Shown in pieces: positions 52,089 through 64,000 of a DNA stretch of 64,000 nucleotides (positions within the stretch are counted from its first letter, which is position 1; every line of letters begins with the position of its first letter). The notes below the pieces were generated by a model. That model had not been told where the DNA came from. It ran no database searches and worked only from the letters and a program-made list of their open reading frames with translations. The DNA comes from Octopus vulgaris (Eukaryota): positions 54,064,001 through 54,128,000 of the forward strand of contig OX597827.1 of the NCBI GenBank assembly GCA_951406725.2, written 5' to 3'. The translations under genes were made by a program, and so were the position numbers.

Positions 52089-52265
52089 AGGTGGCAAACC
52101 GGCAGAGTCGTTAGCATGTGGGGCAAAATGTGTAACAGTATTTTCCCGTCTTAACATTCTGAGTTCAAATTCTGCTGCAGTCAGCTTTCCCTTTCATCTT
52201 TTTGTGGTTGATGAAAGAAGTACCAGTTGAACACTTGGCTAGATGTAATTGATTAGGCTCCTCCC
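52089..52265 (+). mobile_element. SINE family B
   Basis: GGTGGCAAACCGGCAGAGTCGTTAGC...TTCTGAGTTCAAATTC...CCTTTCATC...AAGTACCAGTTGAACAC. Confidence 0.78.
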
Positions 52266-52300
52266 TAAAAATTTTAAGGCTTCTACCCATAGAAGAAAGG

Positions 52301-52331
<31 letters not shown>

Positions 52332-52653
52332 TGCTGTTTTCATAAAAAAAAAAGAAAACAAAATCCATCTGTATGAATCCAAGATGTTTAACCATTTGCA
52401 GACTGGTTTAGTACTGATAGTCTGTGCTGTGTACTGGTATTAGGCTGTTCTGTGACTACATAATTTTTCATACAAGGAATTTTACAATGTATTTACAGAT
52501 TCTTCTGAGTGTGGCATATTTGAAAACATTGTGCTGCACAGAGCAAGACATTGCTCTGCTCACACACACAGTGTTTCGATGTGGTCAGTACCACTTCCTG
52601 TCTGCGAGGGGTTAATATTCACTTGCAATAATGAATGTTTATCAAGATATTCT

Positions 52654-52807
52654 TTTACTTGTTCCAGTCATTTGACTGTGGTCATGCTGGAGCACCACCT
52701 TTAGTTGAGCAAATCGACCCCAGGACTTATTCTTTGTAAGCCTAGTACTTATTCTATCGGTCTCTTTTGCTGAACTGCTAAGTTACGGGGATGTAAACAC
52801 ACCAGCA

Positions 52808-52846
<39 letters not shown>

Positions 52847-53040
52847 TAGATAGACACATACACTCATACATATATACGATGGGCTTCTTTCAGTTTCTGT
52901 CTACCAAATCCACTCACAAGGCTTTGGTCAGCTTAAGGCTATAGTAGAAGACACTTGCCCAAGGTGCCACACAGTGGGACTGAACCCGGACCATGTGGTT
53001 TGTAAGCAAGCTACTTACCACACAGCCACTCCTAAGCCTA
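52654..53040 (-). mobile_element. SINE family A, near full length
   Basis: TTTTACTTGTTCCAGTCATTTGAC...(TA)n...GACACTTGCCCAAGGTGCCAC...GGGACTGAACCCGG...CTTACCACACAGCCACTCCT. Confidence 0.9.
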
Positions 53041-53659
53041 TATCTAAAATATTTTGAAAGAAATTATTACCCACCTGAGAATTGTTACTTAAATCTTGAT
53101 CAGCCATTATCAAACAAGCTTATGATCGATGGCAACCCTTACTGTGACCATCACTTTCTTTTTTTATAGGCAGTGGATCAATCCAGTGTGTTCCTCCAAT
53201 TGAAGGCATTAGGGTATATAATATGAGGATTGTGTGACTGCTATTTCTAACAGGATGATTAACCACAATAATGATTGTTAATTGACTTGTCTGAGAGAGT
53301 AACATAAACTTGAGGAGTAAAATCTATTCAATAAGTGAGATATTAAATGTTATAGAAAACATAAAATAAAATGTTTTAAGAGTCTATTTATGAGAATTTC
53401 TATGTTCTTATTCGTTATCACTGCAGATTTATTACCATTGTTTTCTAATTAGAGCAGTCTCTTTTATGAATTGTGTAATTGTCTAATTATCATGAAGTAT
53501 GCATACAAAAGTATAGATTATTGAAATGTGTATGTATGTATGTGTGTGTGTGCGTACATACACATTCACAAAACAATGGAACATGTTTTAAAAGCTTTCT
53601 TTTCTGTGAATACTCAATATTCATAACCAAGTACCTTTTCACTCATTGATCAATACATT

Positions 53660-53691
<32 letters not shown>

Positions 53692-56600
53692 ATATTAATG
53701 TTGTGTGTATGAGAGAGTATACAAACACAATACACATATAAGTTGGTTTCACTAAAATATCCTGAGGAGAATAATTGTAACCAAATTAATTTCCCTAATT
53801 GATATGAAAGGCAATGGAACAAAAACTATGTTAATGTATATAATTGGCAGATGATAAATACCATTTCTTTACAAGGTCTATGTAGCTGGTTATAGGTAGA
53901 AATGTTTATTGCTTGCTTTGTGAACTTTCCTGATATCTTTTGGCCTAAACTTATTGACCTTTGCAGGACAAGATTAAAGGCTTTGTATAACAATTTGCCT
54001 CACACTTTTATCATAAATTCACACTGATTAGTTAAAATCAAATGCCTCAGGTTGATATAACTGCCAATTATATGTAAGTCATTTGACAATTTGAAGAATT
54101 GGTGGATCTTTAATTAAATGTTATAGATAATGTAAAGTTCATTTGCAGAGTTAGAGTGAAATGGGATTCAGGTGAGCTATAGACAATTTGCTGAACAATT
54201 ATAGTTGATTAGTAATAATCCAAGTCTAGTTAAGTTTTCTTACCACACAGCCATGCCTTTATCTCCAATAGAAATATAATCTTACTTGTCATTACTTAGT
54301 AGCATTTGTCAGTTCTGTTAGTATAGGCATATAATACTGAGTTAACTAATTAACCATTTTGCTGCTATATTTCTACCTTTATTTCAATTAATTTTTAAAA
54401 TAATAAAGAATTTAGAAAAATAACTTTTGTAATTATTAAGCTGGCTTTGGGAAATTTGTTGTAGAGTTTTAATTCAAATCTCTTTTAAACATGAAGTTTA
54501 TGTATAGAATCAAGGGCCATCTCTGGAGGTTCTAGGTTCAGTCAAAACTGCATGGCCCCTTGGGCAAGTGTTTTCTACTGTAGCCCTAGACCAAACAACG
54601 CATTGTTAGTGGATTTGGTAGAAAAAAAACCCACTTAGAATAAGTCCATTTGTTCAGTGTAGTACATCAGCTATGCACAAATAATATTGCTTCAGGAGAA
54701 AAAATACCATTACCTTTTTATGGTAAGTAGTTGCCAAGAGAGAAGATATGATGTAAGTGTAAAATACTTCAGTTAGTTATGTGTACAGATATCTATATTT
54801 GAATGACTATTTAACATTTTAATATTCTAAAAATATTGTTTAGTAAAATGAAACAAGAAATCTATGATATTCTCATTCAGTAAAGTATGCTTAATATATT
54901 TTTATTCTTTTGTTTATGTTTTTTTATAATTTCAAAGAATATAATAGTTATGAACTTTTAAGGTAGAGATAGTGCCTAAAATTTTTAGACCAAGGAAAAA
55001 TGTGAGGTTGTGATGTTAATGTCTTTTTTATGTATATTATTCTAATTAAAACTGGGTTGTGGGCTTGTTTCTGTATATTTATAGCCATTCTGTTGTCATA
55101 TTTGATAAAGGCTGAATGAGTGTCTGATGAGAGTATCACAACAGATCTTGGAATATAACTCCTATGTTCATGTTTCCATTTTGGAGAATTAGATTTGTCA
55201 GTTTTGCAGCACTGTTTCACATTTATTTTTTATGCATTGTTTGGCCAGCAAATCTTATCAGAAGATTAACTTTCTTTCCTTTGGGCATTGATAGTATAAT
55301 ACAGATACTAGTGTCAGTTTGTATTATCCATGTCTTACTAAAATTTATCCCATGCCTAATGCAAAAAAATAATAGTAACCTTGTTTGCTATTGTTTACCC
55401 CAATATATTCATGAAAAACCAAACTCTGCATGTGTGTATTCATGTAATTGTGTCTGTTTACATGTGCTGTTTGTATGTAAGAGACCAACTATCACTGCTA
55501 GAAATGAGAAAGCATAGAAGAAAATATGCAGCTTGCAGTAATGTAATGACGTAAGTAGTTGAATTTGTGTGGCTCAGATTCTCGACTTAATTTTAGGTGT
55601 ATTAGATAAGATCTCTATTACCAGATGAGAGAAGCTAGTACTAGAAGCATCACATACAATAAATGTTTGATATGGTTAATGTAAAATGTAAAGGGAAATG
55701 GTTTATTATTATTTGAAAGGGAGGTATATAGTAACAAAAGCTTTGGAAACTAGTATCAAATTTCTATGTAAAATATGTACAGTTTACATCTACCAGGATT
55801 GTTTTCCTGGCCATTTTTGTGAGTTTAAAATCTTATCTTATACTCTTTCTGTCTGTCTTTAATCTCTAGTTTGTTTCCTTTTTAACCATTTTAATAAATT
55901 TTTCAGCGTTAGGATGAGGGATATGGTTTATGCAAATTGGACATCTGCATGTTGTAGCAATTTTTTTTTAATTTCTTGAATTTTTATAATTGTATGCTTT
56001 TCCTACAGGCAGCCCTGAACAATAAGATAAACTTGAAGCTTTTTTGTCAGTTGGCAGATGCAAACAAGCAGAGTTACCTCAGTTATTCAGAATCTCAACA
56101 CAGAGGCTGTAATAGTCAGTAGTTAAGTTAGTGTTAAATAACTAACTATAAATAAATAGATTGTGAGAAAAAAACAAAGCAAAATGATATTAGCTAAGGA
56201 TTTATATTTTAATTTTTATTTTTTTGTCAAAGTTCAGGAGGAAACTTTGATTGTTTCAATGTTACTATGACCTTACCAGCTACTTGCTGGAGTAGTGATG
56301 AGAGAATCACTAAGTAAGTGTACAATATTGTACATTGGTTGAAGTATATGAGGTCCATGCTTCACCGATGAGATCATAATAAAATTGAAACATGTCTGGG
56401 ATTCTACCACACTTGCTCTTTAAGTGGAAGAAAATATGATTATGTTGCTTATGATACTTTTGTTAAAAACATATGCAACATGAATAAAATAGCCACTAGT
56501 GGGAATCTGAGTCAAAATGTGAATTCAACTTGACAGTAGCCTTCTACCTCTACTCTATGGCAGTCACCAGAATTAATATTAATATACAAATCACACCAAT

Positions 56601-57816
56601 CATAAACAATCTTAAATGGCTTTTAGTAGTAAGAAATCTCTTTTTCACTCTCCATCTCTTGCTCTCTATATATCTCTCACTCTCTCTCTCTTATACACAC
56701 ATTGGAATCATCTCTTTCACTTGTGTGGGTGTCGGTGTGTATTGCTGTAAGTGAAGAAAAAAATATATGAAATAATAATAATATACCACTGCTCATTATG
56801 TTGTCATAAGTGAATAAATTGAAATTACTGTGATTTCAAAAACCCTCTGAATGATATTTATGTTAACTGCTTGACTTGGGAGTTGTAGCAGCTAAATATC
56901 TCCCAAAAGAAATTAGTAACTTTTACTATTGATATCACAACACTTGGGCATTATGCTGAATGCATATTGAATGCCAAACACTGAAATACTTACTAAACAA
57001 AATTTTAAAGAAGTTCAATGAATTAATGTGTTACATTGCATTGTATATTAATATATTATTATTATTCTATGTTTAAATGCCCTGTACATTATGTTCAAAC
57101 CTTCCTTGACTAATGTTAAATAGATTTGATCAAAAGAAAATAGAATTTAGATTCACACAACATTCCTAGGCTTTGCACAGTCTGTTAACAATTGATCAAA
57201 TAATTCTGTGGCCAGTCCTGGAAAATGATAACAATCAATGTGGCTTGTAAAGTGCCACTAAATCTTTTAACATAGGCATCCTTAGGGAATTTGTTAATGG
57301 AAATTTGGTTAGTACATTAAACCAGGTGGATGTAATTATGCAGAAACTTTAGTGACTTGAAAATTAGCAAAACTATGAGGCCTTTTAGATATACAACTAC
57401 CAAAGACTCTCTGAAAGAGTAGTTGCATTAGAATAAAAGTAAAACAATCTCCATTGGTATTGACAATGTGTATACAGTTGTTTGATCAAAAGAGCCACCT
57501 ACTCATTGAATTTGTATGTAGTTCACTGAACATTACACAGACTGTAGTGCCAAACAGGATCAGAATGACAAAGTGATGAGGCTGAACCTTTAAATTGCTG
57601 AGACATTTCATCCAACAAGCACAATTTTTGTCTATTCACTTTCTCTCACAAGGCTTGTAATTAAACCAGATTGACCTGAGGCCATGATACAACATGCTAC
57701 AAAGTGCAATCAGACCCAGGACTTTATTATTGCAAAGCAAACTTCTTAACCATTTGGCCATGCTATATTCTGCTTGTCTACAATAATTCTAATACTTTTA
57801 ATGTCAATCCTAAGGG

Positions 57817-58173
57817 CAGTGGTTCTCTACCATTCTTTACCCATGAACCCTTTTGATTACTATTTTACACTACTGAACCCAAATAGCCATTCAATGAATA
57901 TGAAAAAAACGTTCCTACTGTATTTTTATAATTAAATATTAGGATTTTTTTGTTTCTGTATTTAGACTGTGGCTGTACTGGGGCACCATCTTGAATATTT
58001 TTTTCTAGTCGAATTAATTGACTTCAGAGCTTATATTTTGTTAAGCCTGATACTTATTCTATCGGTCTCTCTTGCCAAACTGCTAAGTTATGGGGATACA
58101 AACACACCAACACCAGTTGTCAGGCGGTGTTGAGTGGAACAAAAAAAAAGACAAAGACATACACACACACACA

Positions 58174-58215
<42 letters not shown>

Positions 58216-58481
58216 CACACTTCTTTCAGTTTCTGTCTACCAAATCCACTCACATGGCTTTGGTCATCCTGAAGCTATAGTAGAAGACACTTGCCCAAAG
58301 TGCCATGCAGTGGGACTGAACCCATAACCATGTGGTTTTGAAGCAAGTTTCTTACAACACAGCCAAAATTTAAATATTTTGTATATTATAAAAGTATAAA
58401 CAATTTACTACAGATGAATTTTAACAACAAAATCTTATGTGGACTCCCAAGGGCCATATGGATCCCAGATGAGAACCACTA
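57817..58481. mobile_element. hAT (Charlie-like) MITE interrupted by a SINE
   Basis: TIRs CAGTGGTTCTC / GAGAACCACTA. Confidence 0.65.
57950..58364 (-). mobile_element. SINE family A nested in the MITE
   Basis: TACTTATTCTATCGGTCTCT...(CA)n...TTCTTTCAGTTTCTGTCTACCAAATCCACTCAC...GGGACTGAACCC...CTTACAACACAGCCA. Confidence 0.88.
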
Positions 58482-59475
58482 CTTTAGAACCTACTATTCT
58501 TAGTGACTACCTTTCTAAACTGTATCAAAAAACATCATCCTATATCACACACATTTAAAATAAGGATGTCAGAGCACTAATTAACTTACAAAACACTACA
58601 TCAAAATAATTATGAACTATGTAAGCCATCCTATCCTTAATTTCTTTAGCAAGAGCACACATGTGCACGCACACACACACACACACAATCATTCACACTT
58701 AGACTCCAGGTAGACATGGCTGTTTTCTCTGTTATTGCATGTTCAACATCTCACAAATGCATAGACACAGTAACAACACAACATACCAGCAACCACCATC
58801 TCCTTCGTTTCAGATAAATACAAAACATGTAATCTATATATCTTAGAGAATCTTGGCTCTGATATATTAAGTTCACCTTCTCTCCACCCTCCACAGCAAT
58901 CACCACCCAAACTACCAGGCATTAAAACAGTCAGCAAAGTAGGTACAACATGCTCACTGGCTTCCCGCTCCCCCATTCCCATACCACTAAATATTGTTTG
59001 ATGGAGTGCATAAGGCACTCTGAGAACAAGATGAAACAGTTGTCTTGATATATTTGGCTCTAAACTTGAAATGCTAATTAAGAAAGAAGAAAAGAAAAGA
59101 AAAAGAAATCTCTCACAAAAAAATGATATGCACAAAAGATTTTAACTGAATTAGTGTTGTTATTCTCACTAACTGCCAGATGAAACATTTGAATATATGC
59201 CAACTGCCCACATCTCTGAAAACTTACTCGATATTACCTAAAAATAAGTAGTAGATGATTCAAATAATCATCCCCATTGTGGCTAGAAACTGGGATAGTT
59301 TTTACTAAATGAACAATGATGAATGCTTCATTCTTGATAGTATATAATTTGAAGGAAAAAATATAAACAGAAAACAGAGAAGCAAGAAACAAAACTTATT
59401 CATTGTATTCCAGCAAATTTTTTCATTTCATAAATTTTTCCATTTCTTAATTTCTAATTTATATTTATACGTGAT

Positions 59476-59506
<31 letters not shown>

Positions 59507-62369
59507 TGTGTGTACGTATACATTTAAATATGTGCATTTATGTACAATGGATATCTATCTGTCTAGTTTTGCTGATAAAAATGTTAAGCATATGTATATT
59601 TATGAATTGTACGTATGTCTGTTGTGTTAACATATGTATTAGCTTGGTCTAAGGAAACATTTTTCAAAGAGTAGTAGATTCTCCTCATTTACCAAGTTCT
59701 TATGTAAATGAGCCTTTATATTAGAAAAACGCAGTGTACATATGTGATAGTGGATATGTTTAAAATTTGTTAATTTTATTTCCTTTATTTCTTTGACTTT
59801 TACGTTGAGTGAAAGCTTGTTACTTCATTACAAGTTATCTGTACTTAACACTTTAAAAAACATATATCACTTCTCTTGAGTATCTTGTTCTTTCATTATA
59901 TTATAAACACCTTATAATCAGTTTGTTGTAAGGTATCTGGCAAGCATTTTTGAGAGAGAAGAACATTGTTTTTCATCTGTAGCTTATTACTATGACTACC
60001 TCATCTTCATCATAATTATTAACGCCTCCCCACTATTACCACTATCACTTTCTATATTATATTACAGTCTCAATCTGAGAATGTCTGTAGTATTAGTGAT
60101 GATGGTGATTTCTCTCATAGGCTCAAAAACAATGTAATTGGGGAGACTTTGGGAAGATATAACATTTCTACTATTTTCAAATGCAGCAGTAAACACACAA
60201 ATGGAATAATTTCTGTTGAGAATCTAAATTACATCTTAGGCTCACTTTATTGAGATGCTGCTACTAAATAATCTGTACTTGTATGTACGATGACTATTAT
60301 GCTTTAGATAAGGTATGGGTATATGAGCCAATGTAAGAGCCACTTGACCTGCTAGAAATAGAAACCAAATTTCCCTCAAATTACATGCTATAGTTTGCTA
60401 GAAAAGAAAAAAGACAATATGATCAGAGCTGGAATGCCTTCTTTGATCAAATGACTTATCCTTGATTTATTGACCTGAAAAGATAGCCAGCATAAATGTA
60501 CTTAAAATATATATAGTGTTAACCAGATAGAAACCATAGTGTTAAATTAGACAAGAAAATATCTAGTAAACTAATCTAGATACTATAAAGTATCTAGTCT
60601 AGTGTAGCACTATGGCTTGTACTATACTCCTCTTTCCCATAATTATAATAATGATTTCTAACTTTGGAAAAGAGCCTACCAAATTTTGTGGAGAAATATT
60701 ATTGATTAAACTGAACCCAGTATTTGATTCTTACTTGTTATATTGATTATGAAAGATGAGAAGTAATATCGACCCTGATAAGATTTGAACTTAGATTGTA
60801 AAAGGCATTTTGTTTTCTGCTTTACTGGTTTTGCCATCCACTCTTATAACAATGGAGTCATGACGTCATTGTCAACTTGAGCTCTTTAATAATATTCTTT
60901 TACTTCTTTTCGTTAGTGAGATAAACTGTTTACATGAGGAAGATTGTTTGCATAAACTCAGGTTTTAATTGATCAATTTATTGATCTACAAGTGTGATCA
61001 AATTTCTGTATTAATGGTGATGCCTATTGGTTTATTGATTTGTCTGTATGCTAGAAACAGAACTGATATTAAATGATCAAAACACTGGCAGTATATCATT
61101 AGCATATTGTTACTATTGCACTTTAGGATAAATCATATTCATTATACTCTTGAGAAACTACCAACTTTTTTTCATGTTCATAGTTAAACTTTATTCAACA
61201 CATCTTCAGATTTCGCTGAATGTATTTCTATTAAAACTTGTCGGGAGGTCATAGTTTTGGTGTTCTACTATTGATGTTTAGTTATGGACAAGCCTTGACT
61301 GAGCAGATTTGTAATCAAAGGAATTCAAACCATGATGGTAGCCCATTCTTTGTTTAAGATGGATAATATATTCAGGACAACATACATCATTCTCTTTATA
61401 AAGATGATAAACTGTGATTTAAGAGAAATTTGATTGCAAATTTTAACATGCTCACCATGAACATCACAACTTTCTATTTATCCTCCATTCAAAGCCAGAG
61501 TTTCAGTATGGCTATCATTATTATTAATTTACTCCATTTTACTCAAAAGTTTTACTCACTCCCATGTGTGTTAAACGGAGTTTTGGATCAGGAAGACTTT
61601 GTTTTGACTGGGATTTTCTCCATTTTTTAAAAAACCATAGCCTTCAAAATGACAGGATGGAAGGGTGGGGGAATCTTTGTATGAAAAAAGTTTTGAAAAT
61701 TCTTTTTTTACAACCTTCCCTCCCTCATCATCCCACTCTGGACCTATTTTGGCCAATTTTTTCTGCACTTCCATGGGAGGATTTTTTAAATTGTTAATAT
61801 TTTCAGAGGGAAAAGTGAGTGATTTAAGGGAGATTTGACTATTGTTTTTAGCACATCCAAAGACAACCCTCCTTATTTCTTTATCACTCTCGCATGTATT
61901 GATGTTTTTCAATATTTTACTCCCCATAAATACATTTATATGCCATAAAAAATAAAATTTGAAAAATCATGATTTTTTTGCAACCTCACTCCCTGTCCCC
62001 GATTGTTTCTGTTTATAATTTAAAATATTCAAGAGCCTGAGAAGGTCATTGCCAGCATTTATCCACAGTGATTTAAAATAAGAGTTACATAAACAATAAT
62101 TCATTTTAATAGCATTCTATTATTTCTTACACACACACAGCCTTGCTTGATTGAGGTGGGGGTAAAAATTTAGATTACAATTTTTTTGTTGTTGCTTCTA
62201 TCCTACCAATTGACCACGTGTGGGTTACTTCAGCATTATCATTCCACAAAATGTGTTTAATGGGAGAAAAATATTGAAAAAACATTAATACATGTGAGAA
62301 TGCAATGAATATTTAAATTTGTGAAAAATTGGAATTAAAAAATTCCACAAACTTCAGAAATCGAAATTA

Positions 62370-62545
62370 TGGGGTTGGCATGGGTTGGATGGTTTGACAA
62401 GAACAGATAAGCCAGAGAGCTCTACCAGGCTCTTTGTCTGCTTTGGCATGGCTTCTGTAGCCAGATGCTCTTTCTAATGCCAACCACTTAATAGAGTGTA
62501 CTGGGTGCTTTTCACATGGCATCAGCACCGATGAGGTTGCTAAGT
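62370..62545 (-). mobile_element. Solo RTE 3' tail
   Basis: GGCATGGGTTGGATGGTTTGAC...GTCTGCTTTGGCATGGCTTCTGTAGCCAGATGCTCTTTCTAATGCCAACCAC. Confidence 0.78.
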
Positions 62546-62681
62546 ACCCACAATGGGAAGAGGGAGAGTTAACTGTAAAACTCACCAAATAATATACACA
62601 CAGACACATGCAATTAACTCTGCAAAACTCATCTAAAAATAGATACATCGGTATATATAATATGTATATATTTGTTCATTC

Positions 62682-62795
62682 AAAGCTGATACTTCATGCT
62701 GTTACTACTCCAATTTTCCTGTTTCTATCATGCTCTTCAAGGAACATGATGGAAACAGGAAAGTTAGAGTAATGATGGAATGGAATTTCAGCTTT
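62682..62795. repeat. Ungapped ~55-bp inverted repeat (long hairpin)
   Basis: Left arm AAAGCTGATACTTCATGCTGTTACTACTCCAATTTTCCTGTTTCTATCATGCTC aligns without gaps to the reverse complement of GAACATGATGGAAACAGGAAAGTTAGAGTAATGATGGAATGGAATTTCAGCTTT; spacer TTCAAG. Confidence 0.9.
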
Positions 62796-63169
62796 TAAGA
62801 GTGAATGACTAAATTGTATTGCACGTGCATGTTAGTGTGTGTGTGTATGTGTACAGACACACATTTTCCTTTACTAACACTTTGCTGCAAATGAAATAAA
62901 TTAATGACAATATCAGAAACTTTTTAGTAGTATGAAGAGGATATTTAAATACACATAGCACTCATGTGAAATTGTGAGTTTGTTATACTTTAACACATTT
63001 CCTTCTCTGTTTCTCCTATAACAGTTCCTAAACACTGGGTTTTTCTTGACTTTATACAATACACCATTTTCCTGTTTATTTATTTATTTTTTAAAAATTT
63101 TAATCTAAAACATTGAGTTGGGTTGTGATCTCTTTGCATTCCATTCTGCCAGATGTACTTACTTCACTT

Positions 63170-63470
63170 GCTTAAGGCAGCCCATCAAAAGTGATGACAG
63201 TGCCGATCCATAATATTCATCCTCCTCCACTTACAGCACATTGTTTCTCATGGGAGTAGATGTGGCAGACAAAACTGATGCAAGATAGGCCGATCCTGTG
63301 ACACTGTAAGCACTGAAAGTGACCCCGAACAACAACTGCAGCTGTTTGATGACAACATCTCTTCTCTTCATATAATCTCCTGTTTGGTTTCAAAGTGCTC
63401 TACTCCAGTATCACACATGTATCTCCAAGCCTTCTGATTAACAGCCAGGGCCTTTGCTAGATGTACTCCA
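63170..63470 (-). mobile_element. RTE-clade LINE 3' end with C-terminal zinc finger (different family from the 4.5 kb element)
   Basis: Minus strand ALAVNQKAWRYMCDTGVEHFE...[frameshift]GHFQCLQCHRIGLSCISFVCHIYSH resembles LAxDRxxWR...GVxxFE...FxCxxCxRxCxSxIGLxSHxRxH. Confidence 0.75.
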
Positions 63471-63701
63471 TTTTTAAATGTTGGTGGTACTTCTTTTCTT
63501 ACAAATGTGTGTTTCTAGTAAAGCTATTTAAAAGTAACCAATTTGTTTTTTACCTTTTACTTGTTTCACTTGTGAGCCATGTTTGATAACATGTACAATG
63601 AAATATATACATATGAATTATATAGGTAATTTATCAGTATGGTTATATCATAAAAGTGAATAAAAATTAAGGAGGAGATAAGTAGTAAAAGAAGCAACTT
63701 T

Positions 63702-63998
63702 TTATACAGCATAAACACTGGCGATTGCTGCCAGAAAGTGAACAGATGTGTTCTTTTTATTCGTGGAATTACACCATATAAATTCATGCAAATATGAAAC
63801 AAACAATTTGTCCAATGTCCCAAACTGTCATCGCAACTTCTGTTTTACTTGCATCCACATGTTTTCCACATTTTGTGTATAGACGTGTTGATCATGAGGA
63901 TCAACAAAATTTTGTTGGTGTATAACCACCTCTGTTGAGTTTTTAATTTCTCCGCATGAAAAAGTTTTCAACATCATCCACATGAATTGTTTATTTTC
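63702..63998 (-). pseudogene. Merlin / ISXO2-like (IS1595-related DDE) transposase, C-terminal fragment with internal stop
   Basis: Minus-strand frame (not in the ORF track): ...EVVIHQQNFVDPHDQHVYTQNVENMWMQVKQKLR*QFGTLDKLFVSYLHEFIWCN... matches the Merlin signature VxHxxNFVDP...HTQxIExxW...K...GT...SYLxEFxWR; the frame runs to the window edge. Confidence 0.85.
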
Positions 63999-64000
63999 TT

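Noticed and set aside
53170-53213. Apparent exon after TTTTTATAG (AVDQSSVFLQLKALG)
   Set aside because: Lies within what looks like a decayed copy of the old dispersed repeat family.
56370-56392. TGAGATCATAATAAAATTGA resembling the bantam miRNA 5' end
   Set aside because: Only the first ~9 nt match and the flanks do not form a convincing precursor hairpin.
61550-61990. Three overlapping ORFs (66-118 aa)
   Set aside because: The sequence resembles the interior of a non-autonomous DNA element (A/T runs with G/C clusters, like 17700-18250); no protein motifs, and termini not identified.

Overview
AT-rich, CpG-poor eukaryotic non-coding DNA. The repeat families (tRNA-derived SINE with an internal (TA)n/(TG)n tract, RTE-clade LINE tails ending in (GAT)n) suggest an octopus or other coleoid cephalopod genome; this is an inference from recalled repeat families. 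No intact host gene, rRNA, tRNA gene or CRISPR array is supportable, and nearly all listed ORFs are microsatellite or repeat artefacts. The window is a mosaic of decayed mobile elements: two SINE families, RTE and CR1/Jockey-like LINE fragments, a maT (DD37D) Tc1/mariner relic, a Merlin/ISXO2-like transposase relic, hAT, piggyBac and Tc1-type MITEs, Helitron ends and Penelope-like fragments. The most notable signals are an ungapped ~55-bp hairpin at 62682-62795 (pre-miRNA or ADAR-substrate candidate), two minimal hammerhead-ribozyme-like motifs beside (TA)n tracts, spacer-less inverted retroelement tails, and a PHD-like finger inside an RTE reverse transcriptase. I found no convincing complete novel biological system. 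Boundaries were read by eye and are approximate for decayed elements.
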